Source of the DNA: Hypanus sabinus
Lineage: Eukaryota
Reading direction: 5' to 3'
Length of the DNA stretch: 64,000 bases
NCBI RefSeq assembly: GCF_030144855.1
Contig: NW_026781003.1
Coordinates: 496,001 to 560,000, forward strand
Position numbers and translations under genes: made by a program
Part shown: positions 27,001 to 42,000 of the stretch, one piece after another
Layout of the letters: the number at the start of each line of letters is the position of its first letter
Position numbering within the stretch: the first letter of the stretch is position 1
The notes under the pieces: generated by a model
Seen by the model: the letters and a program-made list of their open reading frames with translations, nothing else
Databases searched by the model: none
What the model was told of the DNA's origin: nothing

Positions 27001-30000
27001 GTGGGTTACAGACTGGGATCTAATCCAGGGGTTTCGGTGGGTTTATATATAGAATAACAGATCCCCGGGAGTGGGTTACAGACTGGGATCTAATCCAGGG
27101 GTTTCGGTGGGTTTATATATAGAATAACAGATCCCCGGGAGTGGGTTACAGACTGGGATCTAATCCAGGGGTTCGGGGGGGTTTATATATAGAATAACAT
27201 ATCCCCGGGAGTGGGTTACAGACTGGGATCTAATCCGGGGTTTCGGGGGGGTTTATATACAGAACAACAGATCCCCGGAAGCGGGTTACAGACTGGGATC
27301 TAATCCAGGGGTTCGGAGGGTTTATATACAGAATAACAGATCCCCGGGAGTGCGTTACAGACTGGGATCTAATCCAGGGGTTCGGGGGGTTTATATATAG
27401 AATACCAGATCCCTGGGAGTGGGTTACAGACTGGGATCTAATCCAGTGGTTCGGGGAGTTTATTTACAGAATACCAGATCCCCGGGAGTGGGTATAGACT
27501 GGGATCTAATCCAGGGGTTCAGGGGTTTTTTATAAAGAATAACAGATCCCCGGGAGTGGGTTACAGACTGGGATCTAATCCAGGGGTTTCGGTGGGTTTA
27601 TATATAGAATAACAGATCCCCGGGAGTGGGTTACAGCCTGGGATCTAATCCAGGGGTTTCGGTGGGTTTATATATAGAATAACAGATCCCCGGGAGTGGG
27701 TTACAGACTGGGATCTAATCCAGGGGTTCGGGGGGGTTTATATATAGAATAACATATCCCCGGGAGTGGGTTACAGACTGGGATCTAATCCGGGGTTTCG
27801 GGGGGGTTTATATACAGAACAACAGATCCCCGGAAGCGGGTTACAGACTGGGATCTAATCCAGGGGTTCGGAGGGTTTGGTTTATATACAGAATAACAGA
27901 TCCCGGGAGTGCGTTACAGACTGGGAACTAATCCAGGGGTTCGGGGGGTTTATATATAGAATACCAGATCCCTGGGAGTGGGTTACAGACTGGGATCTAA
28001 TCCAGTGGTTCGGGAGTTTATTTACAGAATACCAGATCCCCGGGAGTGGGTATAGACTGGGATCTAATCCAGGGGTTCAGGGGTTTTTTATACAGAATAA
28101 CAGATCCCCGGGAGTGGGTTACAGACTGGGATCTAATCCAGGGGTTTCGGTGGGTTATATATAGAATAACAGATCCCCGGGAGTGGGTTACAGACTGGGA
28201 TCTAATACAGGGGTTTCGGTGGGTTTATATATAGAATAACAGATCCCCGGAGTGGGTTACAGACTGGGATCAAATCCAGGGGTTCGGGGGGGTTTATATA
28301 TAGAATAACATATCCCCGGGAGTGGGTTACAGACTGGGATCTAATCCAGGGGTTCGGGGGGGTTATATATAGAATAACATATCCCCGGGAGTGGGTTACA
28401 GACTGGGATCTAATCCGGGGTTTCGGGGGGGTTTATATACAGAACAACAGATCCCCGGAAGCGGGTTACAGACTGGGATCTAATCCAGGGGTTCGGAGGG
28501 TTTATATACAGAATAACAGATCCCCGGGAGTGCGTTACAGACTGGGATCTAATCCAGGGGTTCGGGGGGTTTATATATAGAATACCAGATCCCTGGGAGT
28601 GGGTTACAGACTGGGATCTAATCCAGGGGTGCGGGGGGGGGGGTTATATATAGAATAACAGATCCCTGGGAGTGGGTACAGACTGGGATCTAATCCAGGG
28701 GTTCGGTGGGTTTATATATAGAATAACAGATCCCGGGAGAGGGTACAGACTGGGATCTAATCCAGGGGTTTGGTGGGTTTATATATAGAATAACAGATCC
28801 CCGGAGTGGGTTACAGACTGGAAACTTATCCAGGGGTTCTGGGGGGGTTTATATACAGAATAACAGATCCCAGGAGTGGCTTACAGACTGGATATAATCT
28901 AGGGGTTCGAGGGGTTTATATATAGAATAACAGATCCCCGGGAGTGGGTTACATTCTGGGATCTAATCTAGGGGTTAGAGGGGTTTATATACAGAATAAC
29001 AGATCCCGGGAGTGGGTTACAGACTGGGATCTAATCCAGGGGTTCGGGGGGGTTTATATACAGAATAACAGATCCCCGGGAGTGGGTTACAGACAGGGAT
29101 CTAATCTAGCGGTTCGGGGGGTTTATATACAGAATAACAGATCCCGGGAGTGGTTGCAGACTGGGATCTAATCCAGGGGTTCGGGGGGTTTATATACAGA
29201 ATAACAGATCCCCGGGAGTGGGTTACAGACTGGGATCTAATCCAGGGGTTCGGGGGGTTTATATACAGAATAACAGTACCCCGGGAGTGGGTTACAGACT
29301 GGGATCTAATCCAGGGGTTCAGGGGTTTATATACAGAATAACAGATCCCCGGGAGTGGGTTACAGACTGGGATCTAATCCTGCGGTTCGGGGGTTTATAT
29401 ACAGAATAACAGATCCCCGGAGTGGGTTACAGACTGGGATCTAATCCTGCGGTTCGGGGGTTTATATACAGAATAACAGATCCCCGGGAGTGCGTTACAG
29501 ACTGGTATCTAATCCAGGGGTTCGGGGGGTTTATATATAGAATACCAGATCCCTGGGAGTGGGGTTCCAGACTGGGATCTAATCCAGGGGTTCAGGGGTT
29601 TATATACAGAATAACAGATCCCCGGGAGTGGGTTACAGACTGGGATCTAATCCTGCGGTTCGGGGGTTTATATACAGAATAACAGATCCCCGGAGTGCGT
29701 TACAGACTGGGATATAATCCAGGGGTTCGGGGGTGTTTATATATAGAATACCAGATCCCTGGGAGTGGGTTACAGACTGGGATCTAATCCAGTGGTTCGG
29801 GGAGTTTATTTACAGAATACCAGATCCCCGGGAGTGGGTATAGACTGGGATCTAATCCAGGGGTTCAGGGGTTTTTTATACAGAATAACAGATCCCCGGG
29901 AGTGGGTTACAGACTGGGATCTAATCCAGGGGTTTCGGTGGGTTTATATATAGAATAACAGATCCCCGGAGTGGGTTACAGACTGGGATCTAATCCAGGG

Positions 30001-33000
30001 GTTTCGGTGGGTTTATATATAGAATAACAGATCCCCGGGAGTGGTTACAGACTGGGATCTAATCCAGGGTTTCGGGGGGGTTTATATATAGAATAACATA
30101 TCCCCGGGAGTGGGTTACAGACTGGGATCTAATCCGGGGTTTCGGGGGGGTTTATATACAGAACAACAGATCCCCGGAAGCGGGTTACAGACTGGGATCT
30201 AATCCAGGGGTTCGGAGGGTTTATATACAGAATAACAGATCCCCGGAGTGCGTTACAGACTGGGATCTAATCCAGGGGTTCGGGGGGGTTTATATATAGA
30301 ATACCAGATCCCTGGGAGTGGTTTACAGACTGGGATCTAATCCAGTGGTTCGGGGAGTTTATTTACAGAATACCAGATCCCCGGGAGTGGGTATAGACTG
30401 GGATCTAATCCAGGGGTTCAGGGGTTTTTTATAAAGAATAACAGATCCCCGGGAGTGGGTTACAGACTGGGATCTAATCCAGGGGTTTCGGTGGGTTTAT
30501 ATATAGAATAACAGATCCCCGGGAGTGGGTTACAGACTGGGATCTAATCCAGGGGTTTCGGTGGGTTTATATATAGAATAACAGATCCCCGGGAGTGGGT
30601 TACAGACTGGGATCTAATCCAGGGGTTCGGGGGGTTTATATATAGAATAACATATCCCCGGGAGTGGGTTACAGACTGGGATCTAATCCGGGGGTTTCGG
30701 GGGGTTTATATACAGAACAACAGATCCCCGGAAGCGGGTTACAGACTGGGATCTAATCCAGGGGTTCGGAGGGTTTATATACAGAATAACAGATCCCCGG
30801 AGTGCGTTACAGACTGGGATCTAATCCAGGGGTTCGGGGGGTTTATATATAGAATACCAGATCCCTGGGAGTGGGTTACAGACTGGGATCTAATCCAGTG
30901 GTTCGGGGAGTTTATTTACAGAATACCAGATCCCCGGGAGTGGGTATAGACTTGGATCTAATCCAGGGGTTCAGGGGTTTTTTATACAGAATAACAGATC
31001 CCCGGGAGTGGGTTACAGACTGGGATCTAATCCAGGGGTTTCGGTGGGTTTATATATAGAATAACAGATCCCCGGGAGTGGGTTACAGACTGGGATCTAA
31101 TACAGGGGTTTCGGGTGGGTTTATATATAGAATAACAGATCCCCGGGAGTGGGTTACAGACTGGGATCAAATCCAGGGGGTTCGGGGGGGTTTATATATA
31201 GAATAACATATCCCCGGGAGTGGGTTACAGACTGGGATCTAATCCGGGGTTTCGGGGGGTTTATATACAGAACAACAGATCCCCGGAAGCGGGTTACAGA
31301 CTGGGATCTAATCCAGGGGTTCGGAGGGTTTATATACAGAATAACAGATCCCCGGGAGTGCGTTACAGACTGGGATCTAATCCAGGGTTCGGGGGGGTTT
31401 ATATATAGAATACCAGATCCCTGGGAGTGGGTTACAGGACTGGGATCTAATCCAGGGGTGCGGGGGGGGGGTATATATAGAATAACAGATCCCCGGGAGA
31501 GGGTACAGACTGGGATCTAATCCAGGGGTTTGGTGGGTTTATATATAGAATAACAGATCCCCGGGAGTGGGTTACAGACTGGAAACTTATGCCAGGGGTT
31601 CTGGGGGTTTATATACAGAATAACAGATCCCCAGGAGTGGCTTACAGACTGGGATCTAATCTAGGGGTTCGAGGGGTTTATATATAGAATAACAGATCCC
31701 GGGAGTGGGTTACATTCTGGGATCTAATCTAGGGGTTAGAGGGGTTTATATACAGAATAACAGATCCCGGGAGTGGGTTACAGACTGGGATCTAATCCAG
31801 GGGTTCGGGGGGGTTTATATACAGAATAACAGATCCCCGGGAGTGGGTTACAGACAGGATCTAATCTAGCGGTTCGGGGGGTTTATATACAGAATAACAG
31901 ATCCCGGGAGTGGGTTGCAGACTGGGATCTAATCCAGGGGTTCGGGGGGGTTTATATACAGAATAACAGATCCCCGGGAGTGGGTTACAGACTGGGATCT
32001 AATCCAGGGGTTCGGGGGGTTTATATACAGAATAACAGTACCCCGGGAGTGGGTTACAGACTGGGATCTAATCCAGGGGGTTCAGGGGTTTATATACAGA
32101 ATAACAGATCCCCGGGAGTGGGTTACAGACTGGGATCTAATCCTGCGGTTCGGGGGTTTATATACAGAATAACAGATCCCCGGAGTGCGTTACAGACTGG
32201 GATATAATCCAGGGGGTTCGGGGGGTTTATATATAGAATACCAGATCCCTGGGAGTGGGTTACAGACTGGGATCTAATCCAGTGGTTCGGGGAGTTTATT
32301 TACAGAATACCAGATCCCCGGGAGTGGGTATAGACTGGGATCTAATCCAGGGGTTCAGGGGTTTTTTATACAGAATAACAGATCCCCGGGAGTGGGTTAC
32401 AGACTGGGATCTAATCCAGGGGTTTGGTGGGTTTATATATAGAATAACAGATCCCCGGGAGTGGGGTTACAGACTGGAAACTTATCCAGGGGTTCTGGGG
32501 GGTTTATATACAGAATAACAGATCCCCAGGAGTGGCTTACAGACTGGGATCTAATCTAGGGGTTCGAGGGGTTTATATATAGAATAACAGATCCCCGGGA
32601 GTGGGGTTACATTCTGGGATCTAATCTAGGGGTTAGAGGGGTTTATATTACAGAATAACAGATCCCGGGAGTGGGTTACAGACTGGGATCTAATCCAGGG
32701 GTTCGGGGGGGGTTTATATACAGAATAACAGATCCCCGGGAGTGGGTTACAGACAGGGATCTAATCTAGCGGTTCGGGGGGTTTATATACAGAATAACAG
32801 ATCCCGGAGTGGGTTGCAGACTGGGATCTAATCCAGGGGTTCGGGGGGTTTATATACAGAATAACAGATCCCCGGGAGTGGGTTACAGACTGGGATCTAA
32901 TCCAGGGGTTCGGGGGGTTTATATACAGAATAACAGTACCCCGGGAGTGGGTTACAGACTGGGATCTAATCCAGGGGTTCAGGGGTTTATATACAGAATA

Positions 33001-36000
33001 ACAGATCCCCGGGAGTGGGTTACAGACTGGGATCTAATCCTGCGGTTCGGGGGGTTTATATACAGAATACCAGATCCCTGGGAGTGGGTTACAGACTGGG
33101 ATCTAATCCAGTGGTTCGGGGGAGTTTATTTACAGAATACCAGATCCCCGGGAGTGGGTATAGACTGGGATCTAATCCAGGGGTTCAGGGGTTTTTTATA
33201 CAGAATAACAGATCCCCGGGAGTGGGTTACAGACTGGGATCTAATCCAGGGGTTTCGGTGGGTTTATATATAGAATAACAGATCCCCGGGAGTGGGTTAC
33301 AGACTGGGATCTAATCCAGGGGTTCGGGGGGGTTTATATATAGAATAACATATCCCCGGGAGTGGGTTACAGACTGGGATCTAATCCGGGGTTTCGGGGG
33401 GGTTTATATACAGAACAACAGATCCCCGGAAGCGGGGTTACAGACTGGGATCTAATCCAGGGGTTCGGAGGGTTTATATACAGAATAACAGATCCCCGGG
33501 AGTGCGTTACAGACTGGGATCTAATCCAGGGGTTCGGGGGGTTTATATATAGAATACCAGATCCCTGGGAGTGGGTTACAGACTGGGATCTAATCCAGGG
33601 GTGCGGGGGGGGGGGGTTATATATAGAATAACAGATCCCTGGGTGTGGGTACAGACTGGGATCTAATCCAGGGGTTCGGTGGGTTTATATATAGAATAAC
33701 AGATCCCCAGGAGAGGGTACAGACTGGGATCTAATCCAGGGGTTTGGTGGGTTTATATATAGAATAACAGATCCCCGGGAGTGGGTTACAGATTGGAAAC
33801 TTATCCAGGGGTTCTGGGGGGTTTATATACAGAATAACAGATCCCCAGGAGTGGCTTACAGACTGGATCTAATCTAGGGGTTCGAGGGGTTTATATATAG
33901 AATAACAGATCCCCGGGAGTGGGTTACAGACTGGGATCTAATCTAGGGGTTCGAGGGGTTTATATACAGAATAACAGATCCAAGGAGTGGGTTACAGACT
34001 GGGATCTAATCCAGGGGTTCGGGGGGGTTTATATACAGAATAACAGATCCCCGGGAGTGGGTTACAGACAGGGATCTAATCTAGCGGTTCGGGGGGTTTA
34101 TATACAGAATAACAGATCCCGGGAGTGGGTTACAGACTGGGATCTAATCCAGGGGTTCGGGGGGGTTTATATACAGAATAACAGATCCCCAGGAGTGGGT
34201 TACAGACTGGGATCTAATCTAGGGGTTCGGGGGGGTTATATACAGAATAACAGATCCCCAGGAGTGGGTTACAGACTGGGATCTAATCTAGGGGGTCGGG
34301 GGGTTTATATACAGAATAACAGATCCCAGGCGGGGGTTACAGACTGGGATCTAATCCAGCGGTTCGGGGGGTTTATATATAGAATAACAGATTCCCGGGA
34401 GTGGGTTACAGACTGGGATCTAATCCAGGGGTTCGCGGGGTTTATATAAAGAATAACAGATCCCCGGGAGTGGGTTACAGACTGGGATCTAATCCAGGGG
34501 TTCTGAGGGTTTATATATAGAATAACAGATCCCTGGGAGTGGGTACAGACTGGGATCTAATCCAGGGGTTCGAGGGGGTTTATATACAGAATAACAGATG
34601 CCCAGGAGTGGGTTACAGACTGGGATCTAATCTAGGGGTTCGGGGGGTTACATATAGAATAACAGATCCCCGGGAGTGGTTACAGACTGGGATCTAATCT
34701 AGGGGTTCGGAGGGTTTATATATAGAATAATAGATTCCCGGGAGTGGATTACAGACTGGGATCAAATCCAGGGGTTTGGGGGGTTCATATATAGTATAAC
34801 AGATCCCCGGGAGAGGGTTACAGACTGAGATCTAATCCAGGGGTTCGGTGGGGGGGGGGGGTTATATATAGAATAACAGATCCCCGGGGGTGGGTTACAG
34901 ACTGGGATCCAATCCAGGGGTTCGGGGGTCTATATATAGAATAACAGATCCCCGGGAGTGGGTTACAGACTGGGATCTAATCCAGGGTTTCGGAGGGTTT
35001 ATATATAGAATAACAGATCCCCTGGAGCGGGTTACAGACTGGGATCTAATCCAGGGGTTCGGTGGGTTTATATATACAACACCAGATCCCCGGGAGTGGG
35101 TTACAGACTGGGATCTATTCCAGGGGTTCGGTGGGTTTATATATAGAATAACAGATCCCCGGGAGTGGGTTACAGACTGGGATCTAATCCAGGGGTTCGG
35201 GGGGTTTATATACAGAATAACAGATCCCCGGGAGTGGTTACAGACTGGGATCTAATCTAGGGGTTCGGGGGGTTTATATACAGAATAACAGTACCCCGGA
35301 GTGGGTTACAGACTGGGATCTAATCCAGGGGTTCGGGGGGTTTATATACAGAATAACAGTACCCCGGGAGTGGGTTACAGACTGGGATCTAATCCAGGGG
35401 TACGGAGTGTTTATATATAGAATAACAGATCCCCGGGAGTGGGTTACAGACTGGGATCTAATCCAGCGGTTCGGGGGTTTATATACAGAATAACAGATCC
35501 CCGGGAGTGCGTTACAGACTGGTATCTAATCCAGGGGTTCGGGGGGTTTATATATAGAATACCAGATCCCTGGGAGTGGGTTCCAGACTGGGATCTAATC
35601 CAGGGGTTCGGGGGTTTATATATAGAATAACAGATCCCCAGGAGTGGGTTACAGACTGGGATCTAATCCAGGGTTTCAGGGAGTTTATTTACAGAATACC
35701 AGATCCCCGGGAGTGGGTTACAGACTGGGATCTATTCCAGGGGTTCGCAGGGTTTATATATAGAATAACAGATCCCCGGGAGTGGGTTACAGACTGGGAT
35801 CTAATCCAGGGGTTCGGGGGGTTCATATATAGTATAACAGATCCCCGGGAGTGGGTTACAGCCTGAGATCTAATCCAGGGGTTCGGTGGAGGGGGGTTAT
35901 ATATAGAATAACAGATCCCCGGGGGTGGGTTACAGACTGGGATCCAATCCAGGGGTTCGGTGGTTTATATATAGAATAACAGATCCCCGGGAGTGGGTTA

Positions 36001-39000
36001 CAGACTGGGATCTAATCCAGGGTTTCGGAGGGTTCATAAAGAGAATAACAGATCCCCTGGAGTGGGTTACAGACTGGGATCTAATCCAGGGGTTCGGTGG
36101 GTTTATATATACAACACCAGATCCCCGGTAGTGGGTTACAGACTGGGATCTAATCCAGGGGTTCGGTGGGTTTATATATAGAATAACAGATCCCCGGGAG
36201 TGGGTTACAGACTGGGATCTAATCCAGGGGTTCGGGGGGTTTATATACAGAATAGCAGATCCCCGGGAGTGGGTTACAGACTGGGATCTAATCTAGGGGT
36301 TCGGGGGGTTTATATACAGAATAACAGTACCCCGGGAGTGGGTTACAGACTGGGATCTAATCCAGGGGTTCGGGGGGTTTATATACAGAATAACAGTACC
36401 CCGGGAGTGGGTTCCAGACTGGGATCTAATCCAGGGGTTCGGGGGTTTATATATAGAATAACAGATCCCCAGGAGTGGGTTACAGACTGGGATCTAATCC
36501 AGGGTTTCAGGGAGTTTATTTACAGAATACCAGATCCCCGGGAGTGGGTTACAGACTGGGATCTATTCCAGGGGTTCGCAGGGTTTATATATAGAATAAC
36601 AGATCCCCGGGAGTGGGTTACAGACTGGGATCTAATCCAGGGGTTCGGGGGGTTCATATATAGTATAACAGATCCCCGGGAGTGGGTTACAGCCTGAGAT
36701 CTAATCCAGGGGTTCGGTGGAGGGGGGTTATATATAGAATAACAGATCCCCGGGGGTGGGTTACAGACTGGGATCCAATCCAGGGGTTCGGTGGTTTATA
36801 TATAGAATAACAGATCCCCGGGAGTGGGTTACAGACTGGGATCTAATCCAGGGTTTCGGAGGGTTCATAAAGAGAATAACAGATCCCCTGGAGTGGGTTA
36901 CAGACTGGGATCTAATCCAGGGGTTCGGTGGGTTTATATATACAACACAAGATCCCCGGTAGTGGGTTACAGACTGGGATCTAATCCAGGGGTTCGGTGG
37001 GTTTATATATAGAATAACAGATCCCCGGGAGTGGGTTACAGACTGGGATCTAATCCAGGGGTTCGGGGGGTTTATATACAGAATAACAGATCCCCGGGAG
37101 TGGGTTACAGACTGGGATCTAATCTAGGGGTTCGGGGGGTTTATATACAGAATAACAGTACCCCGGGAGTGGGTTACAGACTGGGATCTAATCCAGGGGT
37201 TCGGGGGGTTTATATACAGAATAACAGTACCCCGGGAGTGGGTTACAGACTGGGATCTAATCCAGGGGTTCAGGGGTTTATATACAGAATAACAGATCCC
37301 CAGGAGTGGGTTACAGACTGGGATCTAATCCTGCGGTTCGGGGGTTTATATACAGAATAACAGATCCCCGGGAGTGCGTTACAGACTGGGATATAATCCA
37401 GGGGTTCGGGGGGTTTATATATAGAATACCAGATCCCTGGGAGTGGGTTACAGACTGGGATCTAATCCAGTGGTTCGGGGAGTTTATTTACAGAATACCA
37501 GATCCCCGGGAGTGGGTATAGACTGGGATCTAATCCAGGGGTTCAGGGGTTTTTTATACAGAATAACAGATCCCCGGGAGTGGGTTACAGACTGGGATCT
37601 AATCCAGGGGTTTCGGTGGGTTTATATATAGAATAACAGATCCCCGGGAGTGTGTTACAGACTGGGATCTAATCCAGGGGTTCGGGGGGGTTTATATATA
37701 GAATAACATATCCCCGGGAGTGGGTTACAGACTGGGATCTAATCCGGGGTTTCGGGGGGGTTTATATACAGAACAACAGATCCCCGGAAGCGGGTTACAG
37801 ACTGGGATCTAATCCAGGGGTTCGGAGGGTTTATATACAGAATAACAGATCCCCGGGAGTGCGTTACAGACTGGGATCTAATCCAGGGGTTCGGGGGGTT
37901 TATATATAGAATACCAGATCCCTGGGAGTGGGTTACAGACTGGGATCTAATCCAGGGGTGCGGGGGGGGGGTTATATATAGAATAACAGATCCCTGGGAG
38001 TGGGTACAGACTGGGATCTAATCCAGGGGTTCGGTGGGTTTATATATAGAATAACAGATCCCCGGGAGAGGGTACAGACTGGGATCTAATCCAGGGGTTT
38101 GGTGGGTTTATATATAGAATAACAGATCCCCGGGAGTGGGTTACAGACTGGAAACTTATCCAGGGGTTCTGGGGGGTTTATATACAGAATAACAGATCCC
38201 CAGGAGTGGCTTACAGACTGGGATCTAATCTAGGGGTTCGAGGGGTTTATATATAGAATAACAGATCCCCGGGAGTGGGTTACAGACTGGGATCTAATCT
38301 AGGGGTTCGAGGGGTTTATATACAGAATAACAGATCCCGGGAGTGGGTTACAGACTGGGATCTAATCCAGGGGTTCGGGGGGGTTTATATACAGAATAAC
38401 AGATCCCCGGGAGTGGGTTACAGACAGGGATCTAATCTAGCGGTTCGGGGGGTTTATATACAGAATAACAGATCCCGGGAGTGGGTTACAGACTGGGATC
38501 TAATCCAGGGGTTCGGGGGGGTTTATATACAGAATAACAGATCCCCAGGAGTGGGTTACAGACTGGGATCTAATCTAGGGGTTTTGGGGGGTTATATACA
38601 GAATAACAGATCCCCAGGAGTGGGTTACAGACTGGGATCTAATCTAGGGGGTCGGGGGGTTTATATACAGAATAACAGATCCCCAGGCGGGGGTTACAGA
38701 CTGGGATCTAATCCAGCGGTTCGGGGGGTTTATATATAGAATAACAGATTCCCGGGAGTGGGTTACAGACTGGGATCTAATCCAGGGGTTCGCGGGGTTT
38801 ATATAAAGAATAACAGATCCCCGGGAGTGGGTTACAGACTGGGATCTAATCCAGGGGTTCTGAGGGTTTATATATAGAATAACAGATCCCTGGGAGTGGG
38901 TACAGACTGGGATCTAATCCAGGGGTTCGGGGGGGGTTTATATACAGAATAACAGATCCCCAGGAGTGGGTTACAGACTGGGATCTAATCTAGGGGTTCG

Positions 39001-42000
39001 GGGGGTTACATATAGAATAACAGATCCCCGGGAGTGGGTTACAGACTGGGATCTAATCTAGGGGTTCGGAGGGTTTATATATAGAATAATAGATTCCCGG
39101 GAGTGGATTACAGACTGGGATCAAATCCAGGGGTTCGGGGGGTTCATATATAGTATAACAGATCCCCGGGAGAGGGTTACAGACTGAGATCTAATCCAGG
39201 GGTTCGGTGGGGGGGGGGTTATATATAGAATAACAGATCCCCGGGGGTGGGTTACAGACTGGGATCCAATCCAGGGGTTCGGGGGTCTATATATAGAATA
39301 ACAGATCCCCGGGAGTGGGTTACAGACTGGGATCTAATCCAGGGTTTCGGAGGATTTATATATAGAATAACAGATCCCCTGGAGTGGGTTACAGACTGGG
39401 ATCTAATCCAGGGGTTCGGTGGGTTTATATATACAACACCAGATCCCCGGGAGTGGGTTACAGACTGGGATCTATTCCAGGGGTTCGGTGGGTTTATATA
39501 TAGAATAACAGATCCCCGGGAGTGGGTTACAGACTGGGATCTAATCCAGGGGTTCGGGGGGTTTATATAAAGAATAACAGATCCCCGGGAGTGGGTTACA
39601 GACTGGGATCTAATCTAGGGGTTCGGTGGGTTTATATATAGAATAACAGATCCCCGGGAGAGGGTACAGACTGGGATCTAATCCAGGGGTTTGGTGGGTT
39701 TATATATAGAATAACAGATCCCCGGGAGTGGGTTACAGACTGGAAACTTATCCAGGGGTTCTGGGGGGTTTATATACAGAATAACAGATCCCCAGGAGTG
39801 GCTTACAGACTGGGATCTAATCTAGGGGTTCGAGGGGTTTATATATAGAATAACAGATCCCCGGGAGTGGGTTACAGACTGGGATCTAATCTAGGGGTTC
39901 GAGGGGTTTATATACAGAATAACAGATCCCGGGAGTGGGTTACAGACTGGGATCTAATCCAGGGGTTCGGGGGGGTTTATATACAGAATAACAGATCCCC
40001 GGGAGTGGGTTACAGACAGGGATCTAATCTAGCGGTTCGGGGGGTTTATATACAGAATAACAGATCCCGGGAGTGGGTTACAGACTGGGATCTAATCCAG
40101 GGGTTCGGGGGGGTTTATATACAGAATAACAGATCCCCAGGAGTGGGTTACAGACTGGGATCTAATCTAGGGGTTCGGGGGGGTTATATACAGAATAACA
40201 GATCCCCAGGAGTGGGTTACAGACTGGGATCTAATCTAGGGGGTCGGGGGGTTTATATACAGAATAACAGATCCCCAGGCGGGGGTTACAGACTGGGATC
40301 TAATCCAGCGGTTCGGGGGGTTTATATATAGAATAACAGATTCCCGGGAGTGGGTTACAGACTGGGATCTAATCCAGGGGTTCGCGGGGTTTATATAAAG
40401 AATAACAGATCCCCGGGAGTGGGTTACAGACTGGGATCTAATCCAGGGGTTCTGAGGGTTTATATATAGAATAACAGATCCCTGGGAGTGGGTACAGACT
40501 GGGATCTAATCCAGGGGTTCGGGGGGGTTTATATACAGAATAACAGATCCCCAGGAGTGGGTTACAGACTGGGATCTAATCTAGGGGTTCGGGGGGTTAC
40601 ATATAGAATAACAGATCCCCGGGAGTGGGTTACAGACTGGGATCTAATCTAGGGGTTCGGAGGGTTTATATATAGAATAATAGATTCCCGGGAGTGGATT
40701 ACAGACTGGGATCAAATCCAGGGGTTCGGGGGGTTCATATATAGTATAACAGATCCCCGGGAGAGGGTTACAGACTGAGATCTAATCCAGGGGTTCGGTG
40801 GGGGGGGGTTATATATAGAATAACAGATCCCCGGGGGTGGGTTACAGACTGGGATCCAATCCAGGGGTTCGGGGGTCTATATATAGAATAACAGATCCCC
40901 GGGAGTGGGTTACAGACTGGGATCTAATCCAGGGTTTCGGAGGATTTATATATAGAATAACAGATCCCCTGGAGTGGGTTACAGACTGGGATCTAATCCA
41001 GGGGTTCGGTGGGTTTATATATACAACACCAGATCCCCGGGAGTGGGTTACAGACTGGGATCTATTCCAGGGGTTCGGTGGGTTTATATATAGAATAACA
41101 GATCCCCGGGAGTGGGTTACAGACTGGGATCTAATCCAGGGGTTCGGGGGGTTTATATACAGAATAACAGATCCCCGGGAGTGGGTTACAGACTGGGATC
41201 TAATCTAGGGGTTCGGGGGGTTTATATACAGAATAACAGTACCCCGGGAGTGGGTTACAGACTGGGATCTAATCCAGGGGTTCGGGGGGTTTATATACAG
41301 AATAACAGTACCCCGGGAGTGGGTTACAGACTGGGATCTAATCCAGGGGTACGGAGTGTTTATATATAGAATAACAGATCCCCGGGAGTGGGTTACAGAC
41401 TGGGATCTAATCCAGCGGTTCGGGGGTTTATATACAGAATAACAGATCCCCGGGAGTGCGTTACAGACTGGTATCTAATCCAGGGGTTCGGGGGGTTTAT
41501 ATATAGAATACCAGATCCCTGGGAGTGGGTTCCAGACTGGGATCTAATCCAGGGGTTCGGGGGTTTATATATAGAATAACAGATCCCCAGGAGTGGGTTA
41601 CAGACTGGGATCTAATCCAGGGTTTCAGGGAGTTTATTTACAGAATACCAGATCCCCGGGAGTGGGTATAGACTGGGATCTAATCCAGGGGTTCAGGGGT
41701 TTTTTATACAGAATAACAGATCCCCGGGAGTGGGTTACAGACTGGGATCTAATCCAGGGGTTCGGTGGGATTATATATAGAATAACAGATCCCCGGGAGT
41801 GGGTTACAGACTGGGATCTAATCCAGGGGTGCGGGGGGGGGGTTTATATACAGAATAAAAGATCCCTGGGAGTGGGTACAGACTGGGATCCAATCCAGGG
41901 GCTCGGTGGGTTTATATATAGAATAACAGATCCCCGGGAGTGGGTACAGACTGGGATCTAATCCAGGGGTTTGGTGGATTTATATATAGAATAACAGATC

